This document shows positions 1 through 9,629 of a stretch of 64,000 nt of DNA, one piece after another. Location of the stretch: the IMG/VR virus record IMGVR_UViG_3300042350_001802, positions 63,228-127,227 of that record; one strand, written 5' to 3'. Each line of letters starts with the position of its first letter. Positions within the stretch are counted from its first letter, which is position 1. The stretch is from a virus. Position numbers and translations under genes: made by a program. The notes under the pieces are model-generated. The model was not told the DNA's origin and did not search any database. It worked only from the letters and a program-made list of their open reading frames with translations.

Positions 1-780
1 ATTAAGAATGGACAGCTAAGGATGAAAGTGTCTAACGATACTTTAGGTGACCCAGCTCCAGGTACTTTTAAGTTTTTAGAAGTGATTCATTCTGAGGGTA
101 TTAAGAAAGTTCCAGAAGGTTCCTACATCACTCTTCCAGAATCACAGATTAACAAACTTGGTATCTGGTATTCTAATAACAACCATGATAAAACAGTTAG
201 GGAATCCGTAATGAATCTTCAACGATTTGAAAACGTCGCGGATATTCTTACATGCGTATGGAATCCCATACCTGGAAATCCTTTCTATGAGGTGAGTGCT
301 ATGACTAAAAGTAGCAGTCATCTCAATATCGTAATCCAGATCTTACAACTTTTATATGCTGCAAAGTCTAGTGGTAAGTATAAGTATGTCAGCTTTTTAG
401 AGCATGATGTATTGTATCCAGATGGATACTTTAACTTCCCTGACTTTGAGACTGGCATCATGACTAATATGAACTACATTGGTATTTGCGAAGCAGGTTT
501 CCAGAGAAAGACAGCTAACCATGAACCTCTTCATCAGATGACAATGATCTTTACAGAAGCTATAGATCACTTTGAAAACTTAGTAAAGGAAGCTATAGAA
601 AAAGGTGGTGTGCTTGTAGAACCTAATCCAGGTAGAAAACAGTGGATGTGTGCAAATCCTGCAATCCATGTAAATCACGGTAGACACTTTACATCCCACT
701 TTAGTATATACAGTAGGGATACATATGAAGAAGATGCTTTCTGGGGAAAAGCTGATTCTTTGATTAATAAACTATTCTAA
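1..780 (+). CDS. 5'-truncated glycosyltransferase-like protein with an N-terminal GDPAPG (lectin/DUF3395-like) module
   Basis: The frame is open from base 1 (IKNGQLRMK...), so the start may lie upstream of the window. It contains NDTLGDPAPGTFKFLEV and a GT-A-like FLEHDVLY (DxD-equivalent) motif. Confidence 0.55.
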   Translation: MKNGQLRMKVSNDTLGDPAPGTFKFLEVIHSEGIKKVPEGSYITLPESQINKLGIWYSNNNHDKTVRESVMNLQRFENVADILTCVWNPIPGNPFYEVSAMTKSSSHLNIVIQILQLLYAAKSSGKYKYVSFLEHDVLYPDGYFNFPDFETGIMTNMNYIGICEAGFQRKTANHEPLHQMTMIFTEAIDHFENLVKEAIEKGGVLVEPNPGRKQWMCANPAIHVNHGRHFTSHFSIYSRDTYEEDAFWGKADSLINKLF

Positions 781-813
781 AATACAAAGTCAGGTTTGTT
801 GGTTTTCCTGACA

Positions 814-852
814 AAACCCCCGTCGTTTCTACGTCTGGGGGTTTATTTTTTT
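814..852 (+). terminator. Rho-independent terminator
   Basis: Stem aaacccc...ggggttt with an inner cgt/acg pairing, followed by a T-run, after the stop at 780. Confidence 0.75.
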
Positions 853-904
853 ATACGGAAAAGTATTTGTAATATTGTTTAACTTAACCCATTAATATAC
901 CCAT

Positions 905-2218
905 ATGAATCTTATCAATCAAGTGTATGATTCACTTAAGCTAAAGAAGAGTGATGCCTTCTGTGCAGCAAAGATAGGAATTTCCCTGGAGAAATACCGT
1001 CAACTCAAGCAACAAATTACTAACATAAAATCCTTAGTGCAAGACGATATGGATGGAATGATGAAGGATGTTATTAATAAACGAATGCTTGATATTATAG
1101 ATGACGATACTATTTTAAATAATTATGTTGGAGAACTTGAGGACCAACTGACCGACGCGCTAAACCATAAAAAGGAGCGCGTCGTTGAGTTTAAGGAGGA
1201 TCTTGAAGATGGTACAGCTGAGATAAAGGGGATAGCTTTTGCTGAACCTAAGAGTCCTGAAGAAATCATTCGTATTCTTAAGATTGACACTGATAAGTGG
1301 AAACTCTCATCCTATTGGAATAAGCAGCATAAAGACTACTGGTTAATTTCTGCAATGGTAACACAGGTGAAGCAGGAACCCCAAGATCTGCTTGTAAAGG
1401 TGCTAGAGAACTTTAATCCTTTTACACAGGTACTTCCAGAACCTAAGATTACAGATAAGTTTATAAACCCTTCTGTAGCAGTGCTTTCTATACAAGATCT
1501 ACACTTTGGTAAGGAGGGTAATGATGGGGTGGTAAAAGACTTCAAAGATGCTATAACTAACTTAGTATTAAGAGCTTATCATTCGCATATGCTTGCGAAA
1601 ATTATCTATGTTATTGGGGGTGACCTTCTTAATATGGATACTTTTAATGGAGGAACTACTAGTGGAACAATTGTAGATAATGAGCAAAGAGCACAGCAAG
1701 CTTACCAGGACGCTTTTAATGCTATGTACTGGTCTATCAACTACTTAGCAGAGTTTACGCACGATTTACACGTTGTTTATTTACCAGGTAACCATGACCG
1801 CTTAAGTTCTTTTCATCTTGCTCACGCTCTATCTAAATGTTTTAACGATGATAGGGTGAAGTTTGATGTAGAGTATGCTGAAAGAAAGGTGGTTACATAC
1901 GGAAATAACTTCTTTGCTTTTGAGCATGGAGATGTTACTAAGAAAAACACACCCCTAGTTTATGCTACAGAATTTGCAAATGATTGGGGATCAACTATTT
2001 ATAGAACTTGCTACACTGGACATTTCCATAGCAAGAAAACTATAGAATTTGTTACAGAGAATGAACACCACGGGTTCTCTATAAAGCACCTACCTAGTCT
2101 TTCTAAGACTGATTATTGGCACTATCATAATAAGTTCACAGGTGCTAAGCGTCAAGCAGTTATGGAGCTTCATGACAAGGAAAAGGGTAAAATTAGTGAG
2201 TTTGTATATACAGCTTAA
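905..2218 (+). CDS. Calcineurin-like metallophosphoesterase with an N-terminal helical extension
   Basis: Motifs DLHFG, GGDLLN, PGNHD, EHGD and GHFH occur in canonical order. Confidence 0.85.
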   Translation: MNLINQVYDSLKLKKSDAFCAAKIGISLEKYRQLKQQITNIKSLVQDDMDGMMKDVINKRMLDIIDDDTILNNYVGELEDQLTDALNHKKERVVEFKEDLEDGTAEIKGIAFAEPKSPEEIIRILKIDTDKWKLSSYWNKQHKDYWLISAMVTQVKQEPQDLLVKVLENFNPFTQVLPEPKITDKFINPSVAVLSIQDLHFGKEGNDGVVKDFKDAITNLVLRAYHSHMLAKIIYVIGGDLLNMDTFNGGTTSGTIVDNEQRAQQAYQDAFNAMYWSINYLAEFTHDLHVVYLPGNHDRLSSFHLAHALSKCFNDDRVKFDVEYAERKVVTYGNNFFAFEHGDVTKKNTPLVYATEFANDWGSTIYRTCYTGHFHSKKTIEFVTENEHHGFSIKHLPSLSKTDYWHYHNKFTGAKRQAVMELHDKEKGKISEFVYTA

Positions 2219-2274
2219 ACTCTATAAGTTTAGATAGGTTTATTGGTATTTTTTTCGTAAATTATTAATGTAGA
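2216..2274 (+). promoter_or_regulatory. TAAAC-N7-GTTTA palindrome plus putative late promoter (tcgtaaattattaatgtaga)
   Basis: The same two-part arrangement recurs at 18172-18228, and the promoter part recurs at 58990-59009. Confidence 0.55.
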
Positions 2275-2280
2275 TAGCTC

Positions 2281-2865
2281 TTGAGTAAACTATTTAGAAA
2301 ACCAGATCTTAATGCTCCTAGATTTAGGGCTAAAAGACTGAAAATATTAAACGCTGAGTTTTACAATGCGTTTAGAGCGGAAAATCCAAAGTTCTCCTAT
2401 TTATCAAATGATGATATTAAGGAGATAGTGAATGAGGTGAATGGTAAACTTTGGAATACGGTGATAGATGAAAGAGATGGTGTAGAACTACCAGAACAGT
2501 TAGGATACATCTTTATAGGAAGTTGTCCAGCTAAAGGGATGAATAAAGATTATAAAACTTCTGGAGAACTACAGCAGGTGATTCAACATCGTAATTGGGA
2601 ATCAGATAGTTATCTAGCTAAGATCTTTTATACAAACTATGGATCTAAATACAGATTCCATTTTTCTAAACTGTGGGGATTTAAACCTGTAAGACAGTTT
2701 TCTAGGAAGGTGGGTCAGACATATCCTGAACAATATCTCAAGTATGTTTATGTAGATAACAAGAAAAGAATTAATGAGATGTTTAAGAGAAAGTCGTATA
2801 AGATGAATAGAGAAAAGATTGAACAAGAAATGATGAAGACATACAATGAATTTGATCTAGATTAA
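2281..2865 (+). CDS. IHF/HU-like DNA-binding protein (crAss-like IHF family)
   Basis: TTG start; helical segment followed by DGVELPEQLGYIFIG and a KPVRQFSR arm; lies directly upstream of the tail genes, as in crAss-like phages. Confidence 0.6.
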   Translation: MSKLFRKPDLNAPRFRAKRLKILNAEFYNAFRAENPKFSYLSNDDIKEIVNEVNGKLWNTVIDERDGVELPEQLGYIFIGSCPAKGMNKDYKTSGELQQVIQHRNWESDSYLAKIFYTNYGSKYRFHFSKLWGFKPVRQFSRKVGQTYPEQYLKYVYVDNKKRINEMFKRKSYKMNREKIEQEMMKTYNEFDLD

Positions 2866-2874
2866 ACTTATGAC

Positions 2875-3546
2875 ATGACGACTATAGGAGAAGCAATATC
2901 AAGAGTGCGTAACTTAATTAAAGCAGTTAAGCAGGATGCGTTCCTAACAGATCGTTTTCTTTATAGTCTTATTTCTAAGCACGCGCATTGGTTGATGAAG
3001 CGAGAGGATTCTAAGAATAAGCTTATGAGGTTTTCTTCTGTTATGCAAACTATTGATGTATTGGAACTTGAAGAGGTTGATAAGATAGAAGCGCAATGTG
3101 CTGGTATTAAAACAAACTGTACGATTAAAAGATCTTGCAGAGAGGTTCCTACATTTATGCAGGGATATTACGGACCATTAATTCGTTCTATTACATCATT
3201 AGATGGATCTCAAGTGCTACAACCTACAAATCCATCTACATATACAGCAATGACTGCTAGTAGTTCTTTTAAGTATAACAAGACTAAATACTACTGGTAT
3301 TTAAATGACTATCTCTACTTTCCAGATTTAGAATGGGATGCTGTACGTATAGAAGCAATTTTTGAAGATGATATTACATCTTATAACTGTGATACTTGCG
3401 ATGATTGTGTTCTTAGAACTGACCAACAATTTAATGTCCCAGATTATTTACACGCTGAGGTTGAAAGTAATGTGATGAAAGATCTTAGTATAATGTTACA
3501 AATACCATCAGACGTGCAATCAGATAAGCAAAATCCGTTACGATAA
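2875..3546 (+). CDS. Tail ring/tubular structural protein
   Basis: 223 aa; YYWYLNDYLYF beta motif; located between the IHF-like and muzzle genes. Confidence 0.55.
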   Translation: MTTIGEAISRVRNLIKAVKQDAFLTDRFLYSLISKHAHWLMKREDSKNKLMRFSSVMQTIDVLELEEVDKIEAQCAGIKTNCTIKRSCREVPTFMQGYYGPLIRSITSLDGSQVLQPTNPSTYTAMTASSSFKYNKTKYYWYLNDYLYFPDLEWDAVRIEAIFEDDITSYNCDTCDDCVLRTDQQFNVPDYLHAEVESNVMKDLSIMLQIPSDVQSDKQNPLR

Positions 3547-4385
3547 TGGCACTAACAGAACCTAAATATAAAACGTTTGATCAACTTCTTTCGGATGTAA
3601 CAACTGATTTTTACAGTTTTGATCTGGAAGGAATGATTGATCCTCAGCAACTTATTAAGGTTGCGCAGCGTGTTAACTACGAACTTGGTCTTCGTATTTA
3701 TTCACCTAAAGACGCTGTATTAAATATTGAGAAAGGAAAAGCTCGTCTTCCCTTAGACTTTTATGTTTTAAACTATGCAAATCTTTGTGGTAAATATACT
3801 GTACTAGAACCAGTAATAAGTGGTACACAAATTGAAGAAAGAGTATTAGATCCTTCTTACACTAATGATAACCCTTGTAGTGTAAAACCATGTGTATCTG
3901 CTTGTGGTAATTATGTAAACTTAGTACAAACACTTAAGTCTGAGATTAGAACATACGAAGTTTTCTATCCTTTAAATATTAAACAGGGTAAACTTGTATC
4001 GTTGGATTGTCCAAATTTAAAGGTGGAAAGTGTAAACTCAGCATATTTAAAAGATGGTTTTTTATATTCAGATCTTGAACAAGCTGTAGTACATATTAAC
4101 TATATGGGCAACTTAGAAGATGAGCAAGGGAATCTTTTGGTATATGATAATCCACTCATTAATGAGTTTTATGAATATGCTCTGAAGCAACGTATTCTTG
4201 AGAATCTTTATTTGAATGGAGAAGATGTATCTCAAAGAATATCTCTTATAGAGCAAAGACTCAGAGCAGCTCGAAATAATGCTCTCACTATTACAAATAT
4301 GCCTGATTATGAGGAGTTGAAAAATGTGTGGGAGACAAACAGAAAAGCAATGTATGGAAAATACTACGCAATGTTCAAACGATAA
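3546..4385 (+). CDS. Tail ring/tubular structural protein
   Basis: 279 aa; KARLPLDF and HINYMG...DEQGNLLV motifs; TAATG-coupled to the previous gene. Confidence 0.55.
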   Translation: MALTEPKYKTFDQLLSDVTTDFYSFDLEGMIDPQQLIKVAQRVNYELGLRIYSPKDAVLNIEKGKARLPLDFYVLNYANLCGKYTVLEPVISGTQIEERVLDPSYTNDNPCSVKPCVSACGNYVNLVQTLKSEIRTYEVFYPLNIKQGKLVSLDCPNLKVESVNSAYLKDGFLYSDLEQAVVHINYMGNLEDEQGNLLVYDNPLINEFYEYALKQRILENLYLNGEDVSQRISLIEQRLRAARNNALTITNMPDYEELKNVWETNRKAMYGKYYAMFKR

Positions 4386-4746
4386 AAAGAAACTTAGGGT
4401 TGTCAAGAGTCTTAAAATACCTGTTTATGGATGCACACTTCAGTTCATTATAACTGATGTGCTAATTGATGAAGTAAACAAGATTTATAAGAAATATGAC
4501 ATCCCTGAACTTTTTACTGACTATGCGGAAGGATGTTTAATAAGTTCGGATATAGATTTATACATAGTAGTTTTTGAAGATAGATACTTATCTCACAATA
4601 CAATAGCACATGAAATCTTTCATGCTGTTACAAAAATAACTGAGGACAGAGGAATTGAGGATGATGAACAACAAGCATGGTTATGTGGATGGGTTACAGA
4701 ACACTTGTATAAATTTATAGCAAAGAAGAATCTTACAGTTAAGTAA
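4324..4746 (+). CDS. Small zincin-like (HExxH) protein
   Basis: TIAHEIFH followed by DDEQQAWLCGW; start codon uncertain. Confidence 0.6.
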   Translation: MCGRQTEKQCMENTTQCSNDKKKLRVVKSLKIPVYGCTLQFIITDVLIDEVNKIYKKYDIPELFTDYAEGCLISSDIDLYIVVFEDRYLSHNTIAHEIFHAVTKITEDRGIEDDEQQAWLCGWVTEHLYKFIAKKNLTVK

Positions 4747-7700
4747 TGGCAGAACAACAAAATACAAGTTCAATTAAAACAAACATCTTTACCAAAGGAA
4801 TGGTGAAGGATACAGATCCATCGTTTATTCCTGAAGGTGTTTGGACACATGCTCGTAATGCTGTTAATAATACAGTGTTAGGTCAAGTGGGGGATATTGG
4901 TAATGAACCTGCAAATAAATACTGTACATCAGCTCCATTTACAGTTATAGGAATAGTTTCTTTAATTGAAGATAAATGGGTTGTTTTTTCTACAAATGAT
5001 GTTGATTCTGAGATTGGCATATTTGATGAATCTGAATGCTCCTATAAAAAGATTGTAAGAGATGCATGCTTAAACTTTAAAACATCCCATCTTATAAAGG
5101 GGGTATCTCGTGAAAACTTTGACTGTACAAGATCCGTTTACTTTGTAGATTCTTTAAATCCAGATCGCGTTTTAAATCTTGATCGCGTCCCTTATATAGC
5201 AAAACGTAAAAGAAAGATTGGGGATAATTGTTACGTTGATGAGTATAGTGATAAACTAGATTGTGAAGCATTACGTATTGCCCCTCTTATTGATAGTCCA
5301 TGCATCTCATTAAAAAAATCAGATAGCTCAGGAACTCTTCCTAATGGATCATATCAGGTTGCTGTTGCTTATAGTAGCAATGGAATTAGACTTACAGATT
5401 ACTTTCTTCCATCTAATATACAATCCTTATTTAATCATTCTAATGTTGCGGGGGCAGTAGAAGTTGGTATTTCTTTTATGGATAGTTCTTATGATGAGTT
5501 TGAACTAGTATTGATTAGTACCATAAGTGCTAACACTGTAGCCCGTAGTATTGGGTTTTATTCTACAAGATCTAAAACTATTCTTATAGATAGATTGGAT
5601 GATGTAAGTCCCGCAGTTTCTCTTAGTGAGATTCCTTTGATTACACCATCTTATGAAACTTCAGATAATATAACTGAAGTGAATGGGTATTTAGTACGTA
5701 CTGGAATTTATACACGTCCTAATTTTAACTATCAACCTCAAGCAAACAATATAGTTACCAAATGGGTATCTGTAAATTTACCAGCTGACTATTATGTTAA
5801 AGGTGGTAATCAAACCTCGTACATGCGTGATGAGGTGTATTCTTTCTTTATCCGTTGGGTTTATAATACTGGAGATAGATCTGCATCCTATCATATTCCA
5901 GGTAGAAAAGCTATTGGTTCTGATAATAGAACTATTGGTGGTGCAGATGCATTAGAATCTGCTTCTGGTGTTGTTACTAGAAAGTGGGAAGCATATGATA
6001 CTTCTGACATTACATCTACAACACAATATCAACTTCCAAATGGACAGGGAACTGTTATTGCAGAAGGTGTTATGTCATACTGGGAATCTTCTGAATCTTA
6101 TCCTGATGATAAACCGATCATTTGGGGAGATTTATGTGGCGATAAAATCCGTCATCATAAATTTCCTGATAATTGCACAACTAATATTAATAGTAGCGAT
6201 GGCGCTAACATTAATATACTGGGTGTTAAGTTTGAAAATATCAGTCATCCGTTGGATATTAACGGAAATCCTATCCAATCTATAGTTGGATATGAAATCT
6301 TACGTGGATCTCGTGAAGGTAATAAAACAATTATTGCCAAGGGTATTCTTAATAATATGGGTGAATACGATCTTGATGAACAGATAACAGAACGTAAAGG
6401 ACTATATTCTAACTATCCTTTTAATGATCTGCGTGTAGATCCATATTTAAGTAAGAAAGAAGTTAAAGGTGGATGTGCAGGTAAGGGATATGAACCTATG
6501 GGTACATTTAAAAATGATGTATTTAGTTTTCATTCTCCAGAGACACAGTTCCAAGATCCGTTCTTAAATCCTTTTGAACTTAAGATACATGGTGAAATAT
6601 CTGGATCGGTAGATGGTCAGTTTAAACCTGTATATAATCATCCAGAACAAAAAGCACTAAGAGATGCAGCTATATTTACAGCTGCTGTTATAGGTACTGG
6701 TATAGGATTAATTGCTGCTACAGGTGAAAAAACTACTTATAATGTTAGTGAAAGAGTTTCTACATCAGGATTAACAATGACGCTTTTAGGAGCCTCAACA
6801 GGTACACTTGTTGATAATGGTTCTGGTATATTAGGATCAACAACAGATGTTTCTAGAAAACAATCCCCTGTTACAGCTAACTTAGCACAATCTATAGCAA
6901 CTCAAGTAGCTGGTGGATTTATCTTTGTTTCTTTCTTAGGGCAAGGAATGGAAGCTACTATAAAAGTATTAGAATCTTTAATACCTTATAATAAGTTTGC
7001 ATATCAATATAATGCGCATGGGTTTTATACCAACTATACATGTCCAAAACAAAGTAACACTCGTAGAAAAGTGCTTGATGCTCAGTATATTAATCCTTAT
7101 TTACAAGAGTTTGGCATTGACTACAGAATTAATAATCTTTTTAGAAGTAGAATTGTAGCTGTTAGACTAGATAATGAAATTGAACGTCCATCTGTAGTGG
7201 ATGATAGTCGTGTTACAATAGGTAATTTACAACTTTGGAAAGATCCTACAAGACCTTTTAAAAGAACTACTTCTGCATATTATTCTTCTTTGAAGATTAA
7301 AATGGCGAGTCAATATGGTCAGATTGATAGTATTATACAAGTTCCTATATCTTCTTGTGTATATGCTACTGAACCAAGTAAAGATCTTAAAATAACTTCT
7401 CCAGTTTTATTTGGTGGAGATATTTATATTAATCGATACACTGAAAAGAATACATTCTTCTTTTTTAACGATTGGTTGTTTGGTCAACCAGATGGGTATC
7501 AGTATGATTATATGCAGCATATAAACATTCCTTATCCTCGTTATTGGATGGATACCACTCAGTATGACTACACTAAATTAATTGCACCTTTTGCAGCTGG
7601 TATTGGTTCAGCAGCACTTTCAAGTTTAGCATTAGAAAGAATTTGGAAAAGAAGTTTAGCAAGAACAGAACAACTTTTACAGGAAGCTAAAAATGGTGCT

Positions 7701-9629
7701 GCACTTGCTGTAGATCCTGCTTCAGCTACAGCACTTGGAAACACAATTAAAAAACTTCAAGATAAAATAGATAGGTTAAATAGAAGAATAAATAATATTC
7801 AAGATGGAGATAGTGTTGTTAATCCACTTATAGGAGCTGCAGTTGGAGCTGCTGTAGCATTTGGAACTTGGAAAAATAGAGTGCTTCCTAATGATTATAG
7901 ATATTTAGATAGACAAAAAAGTGAGTGTGACTCTCAAGCTGCTGTAGGAATTACTGATGGTTATTTTTACTTATTTGCTAATGGCATACGTGACTTTTTT
8001 GTAGAGAGTGAAATTAATCTTGCTCAGCGCGATTGGGGTGAAGAATTATATCAACGTTTTTACGATCCATATAATAATACAGATCTTGATACACTGTTTA
8101 GATCTGATATTATAAAGAGTGGCAACTACTTTAAATATGATTATTCTCTATCAGCTTCTAAGTTTTATGTGAACAACATTAGTTGGGGTAGCGTACTTGC
8201 TCGTGATTTTGATCCTTTGATTGAAAATACCTGTTATAATTATTATCCAAATAGAGCAATCTATTCCCTACCACAAAGTGAAGAACTTAAAAAGGATAAT
8301 TGGTTAGTGTATCTTCCAAATAACTACAGAGATTTTGATGGTAGAGTGACAGCAATACAATCTGCTTATAAGACTGGTGCACTTATATTATTTAACGATG
8401 CAAGTCCTGTAGTATTTCCAGGAGTAGACCAACTTCAAACAGATAATGGTATTAAAGTGACTATTGGAGATGGAGGATTATTCACTGGTAATCTACAAAA
8501 TATATATACCTCAGATGCAGTTTATGAACAAGGATCTTGTCAATCATTTTACTCTGCAATAAACACACCTGTAGGATTATTTTGGGTTAGTCAGAATCAA
8601 GGTCGTGTATTCAACTTTAACTCTGGTCTTAAAGAGATTTCTCGTAATGGAATGAAGTGGTGGTTTGCTAAGTATTTACCATCAATGCTTCTTAAGGATT
8701 TTCCAACATTTGAACTTTATGATAATCCAGTGGCAGGGGTGGGTGTTATGTTAGCATATGATAATACTAATGAAATACTCTACCTGACTAAAAAGGACTA
8801 CAAACTTAAAGATGAGTATGAGGGTAAACTGGTGTATAAGAGTGGAAACACTTTCTTACTTGGAAGAAGAAAAATTCCTTTAGGAGATCCTACATATTTT
8901 GAAGATGCTTCATTTACAATCAGTTATGATCCTAAAGGAAACTCTGGAAGTGGAGCATGGGTATCTTTTCATGATTGGCATCCTAACATGATAGTTTCTT
9001 CAAGAGATCACTTTATGACTATTAAGGGTAAAGATGTATGGAAGCATAATGTAAGATGTGATAAGTTCTGTAACTTCTATGGTAAGGATTATCCATTTGA
9101 AGTGGAGTATGTTACATCTACAGGACAAGAAGTAGCCACTCTTAAAAACATAGAGTATCAGTTAGAGTGTTATAAATATGCTCCAAACTGCGAGGATGTT
9201 AACCACGTTCTTAATGAGAACTTTGACAATGCTATAATCTATAATACAGAGCAGGTATCTGGGAATCTTAAACTTGTTATGAAACAAGCTAATGATCCAC
9301 TTGCTACATTTGAATATCCAATCATTCGTCAAAATCAAATAGATATTCTTTGTTCTAAAGAGGAGAATAAATACAGATTTAACCAGTTCTGGGATATTAC
9401 ACGCAATCGTGGAGAGTTTACACCAAACTATGAAACAATATGGGATACAGCTCCTAATGGTTATGTTAAAGAGATAAACCCGACATATACAAATTATACA
9501 AAGGGTCCTCTTCAGCGTAAGAAGTTTAGACACTATCTTACACGTGTATTATTTAAGAAACTTGTATCAGATGACATTAAGATGCTTTTACGTATTTCTA
9601 ACAATAAACTTACTAAGTCTTTCAGATAA
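4746..9629 (+). CDS. Tail stabilisation / muzzle protein (P22 gp10-like, crAss-type)
   Basis: 1627 aa, beta-rich; N-terminal FTKGMVKD, SYMRDEVYSF, FGGDIYINRY and WVSFHDWHP; precedes the cargo genes. Confidence 0.75.
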   Translation: MAEQQNTSSIKTNIFTKGMVKDTDPSFIPEGVWTHARNAVNNTVLGQVGDIGNEPANKYCTSAPFTVIGIVSLIEDKWVVFSTNDVDSEIGIFDESECSYKKIVRDACLNFKTSHLIKGVSRENFDCTRSVYFVDSLNPDRVLNLDRVPYIAKRKRKIGDNCYVDEYSDKLDCEALRIAPLIDSPCISLKKSDSSGTLPNGSYQVAVAYSSNGIRLTDYFLPSNIQSLFNHSNVAGAVEVGISFMDSSYDEFELVLISTISANTVARSIGFYSTRSKTILIDRLDDVSPAVSLSEIPLITPSYETSDNITEVNGYLVRTGIYTRPNFNYQPQANNIVTKWVSVNLPADYYVKGGNQTSYMRDEVYSFFIRWVYNTGDRSASYHIPGRKAIGSDNRTIGGADALESASGVVTRKWEAYDTSDITSTTQYQLPNGQGTVIAEGVMSYWESSESYPDDKPIIWGDLCGDKIRHHKFPDNCTTNINSSDGANINILGVKFENISHPLDINGNPIQSIVGYEILRGSREGNKTIIAKGILNNMGEYDLDEQITERKGLYSNYPFNDLRVDPYLSKKEVKGGCAGKGYEPMGTFKNDVFSFHSPETQFQDPFLNPFELKIHGEISGSVDGQFKPVYNHPEQKALRDAAIFTAAVIGTGIGLIAATGEKTTYNVSERVSTSGLTMTLLGASTGTLVDNGSGILGSTTDVSRKQSPVTANLAQSIATQVAGGFIFVSFLGQGMEATIKVLESLIPYNKFAYQYNAHGFYTNYTCPKQSNTRRKVLDAQYINPYLQEFGIDYRINNLFRSRIVAVRLDNEIERPSVVDDSRVTIGNLQLWKDPTRPFKRTTSAYYSSLKIKMASQYGQIDSIIQVPISSCVYATEPSKDLKITSPVLFGGDIYINRYTEKNTFFFFNDWLFGQPDGYQYDYMQHINIPYPRYWMDTTQYDYTKLIAPFAAGIGSAALSSLALERIWKRSLARTEQLLQEAKNGAALAVDPASATALGNTIKKLQDKIDRLNRRINNIQDGDSVVNPLIGAAVGAAVAFGTWKNRVLPNDYRYLDRQKSECDSQAAVGITDGYFYLFANGIRDFFVESEINLAQRDWGEELYQRFYDPYNNTDLDTLFRSDIIKSGNYFKYDYSLSASKFYVNNISWGSVLARDFDPLIENTCYNYYPNRAIYSLPQSEELKKDNWLVYLPNNYRDFDGRVTAIQSAYKTGALILFNDASPVVFPGVDQLQTDNGIKVTIGDGGLFTGNLQNIYTSDAVYEQGSCQSFYSAINTPVGLFWVSQNQGRVFNFNSGLKEISRNGMKWWFAKYLPSMLLKDFPTFELYDNPVAGVGVMLAYDNTNEILYLTKKDYKLKDEYEGKLVYKSGNTFLLGRRKIPLGDPTYFEDASFTISYDPKGNSGSGAWVSFHDWHPNMIVSSRDHFMTIKGKDVWKHNVRCDKFCNFYGKDYPFEVEYVTSTGQEVATLKNIEYQLECYKYAPNCEDVNHVLNENFDNAIIYNTEQVSGNLKLVMKQANDPLATFEYPIIRQNQIDILCSKEENKYRFNQFWDITRNRGEFTPNYETIWDTAPNGYVKEINPTYTNYTKGPLQRKKFRHYLTRVLFKKLVSDDIKMLLRISNNKLTKSFR

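Noticed and set aside
860-900. Possible promoter upstream of the phosphoesterase gene (tttgtaatattg)
   Set aside because: Only a loose match to either promoter motif in very AT-rich DNA.
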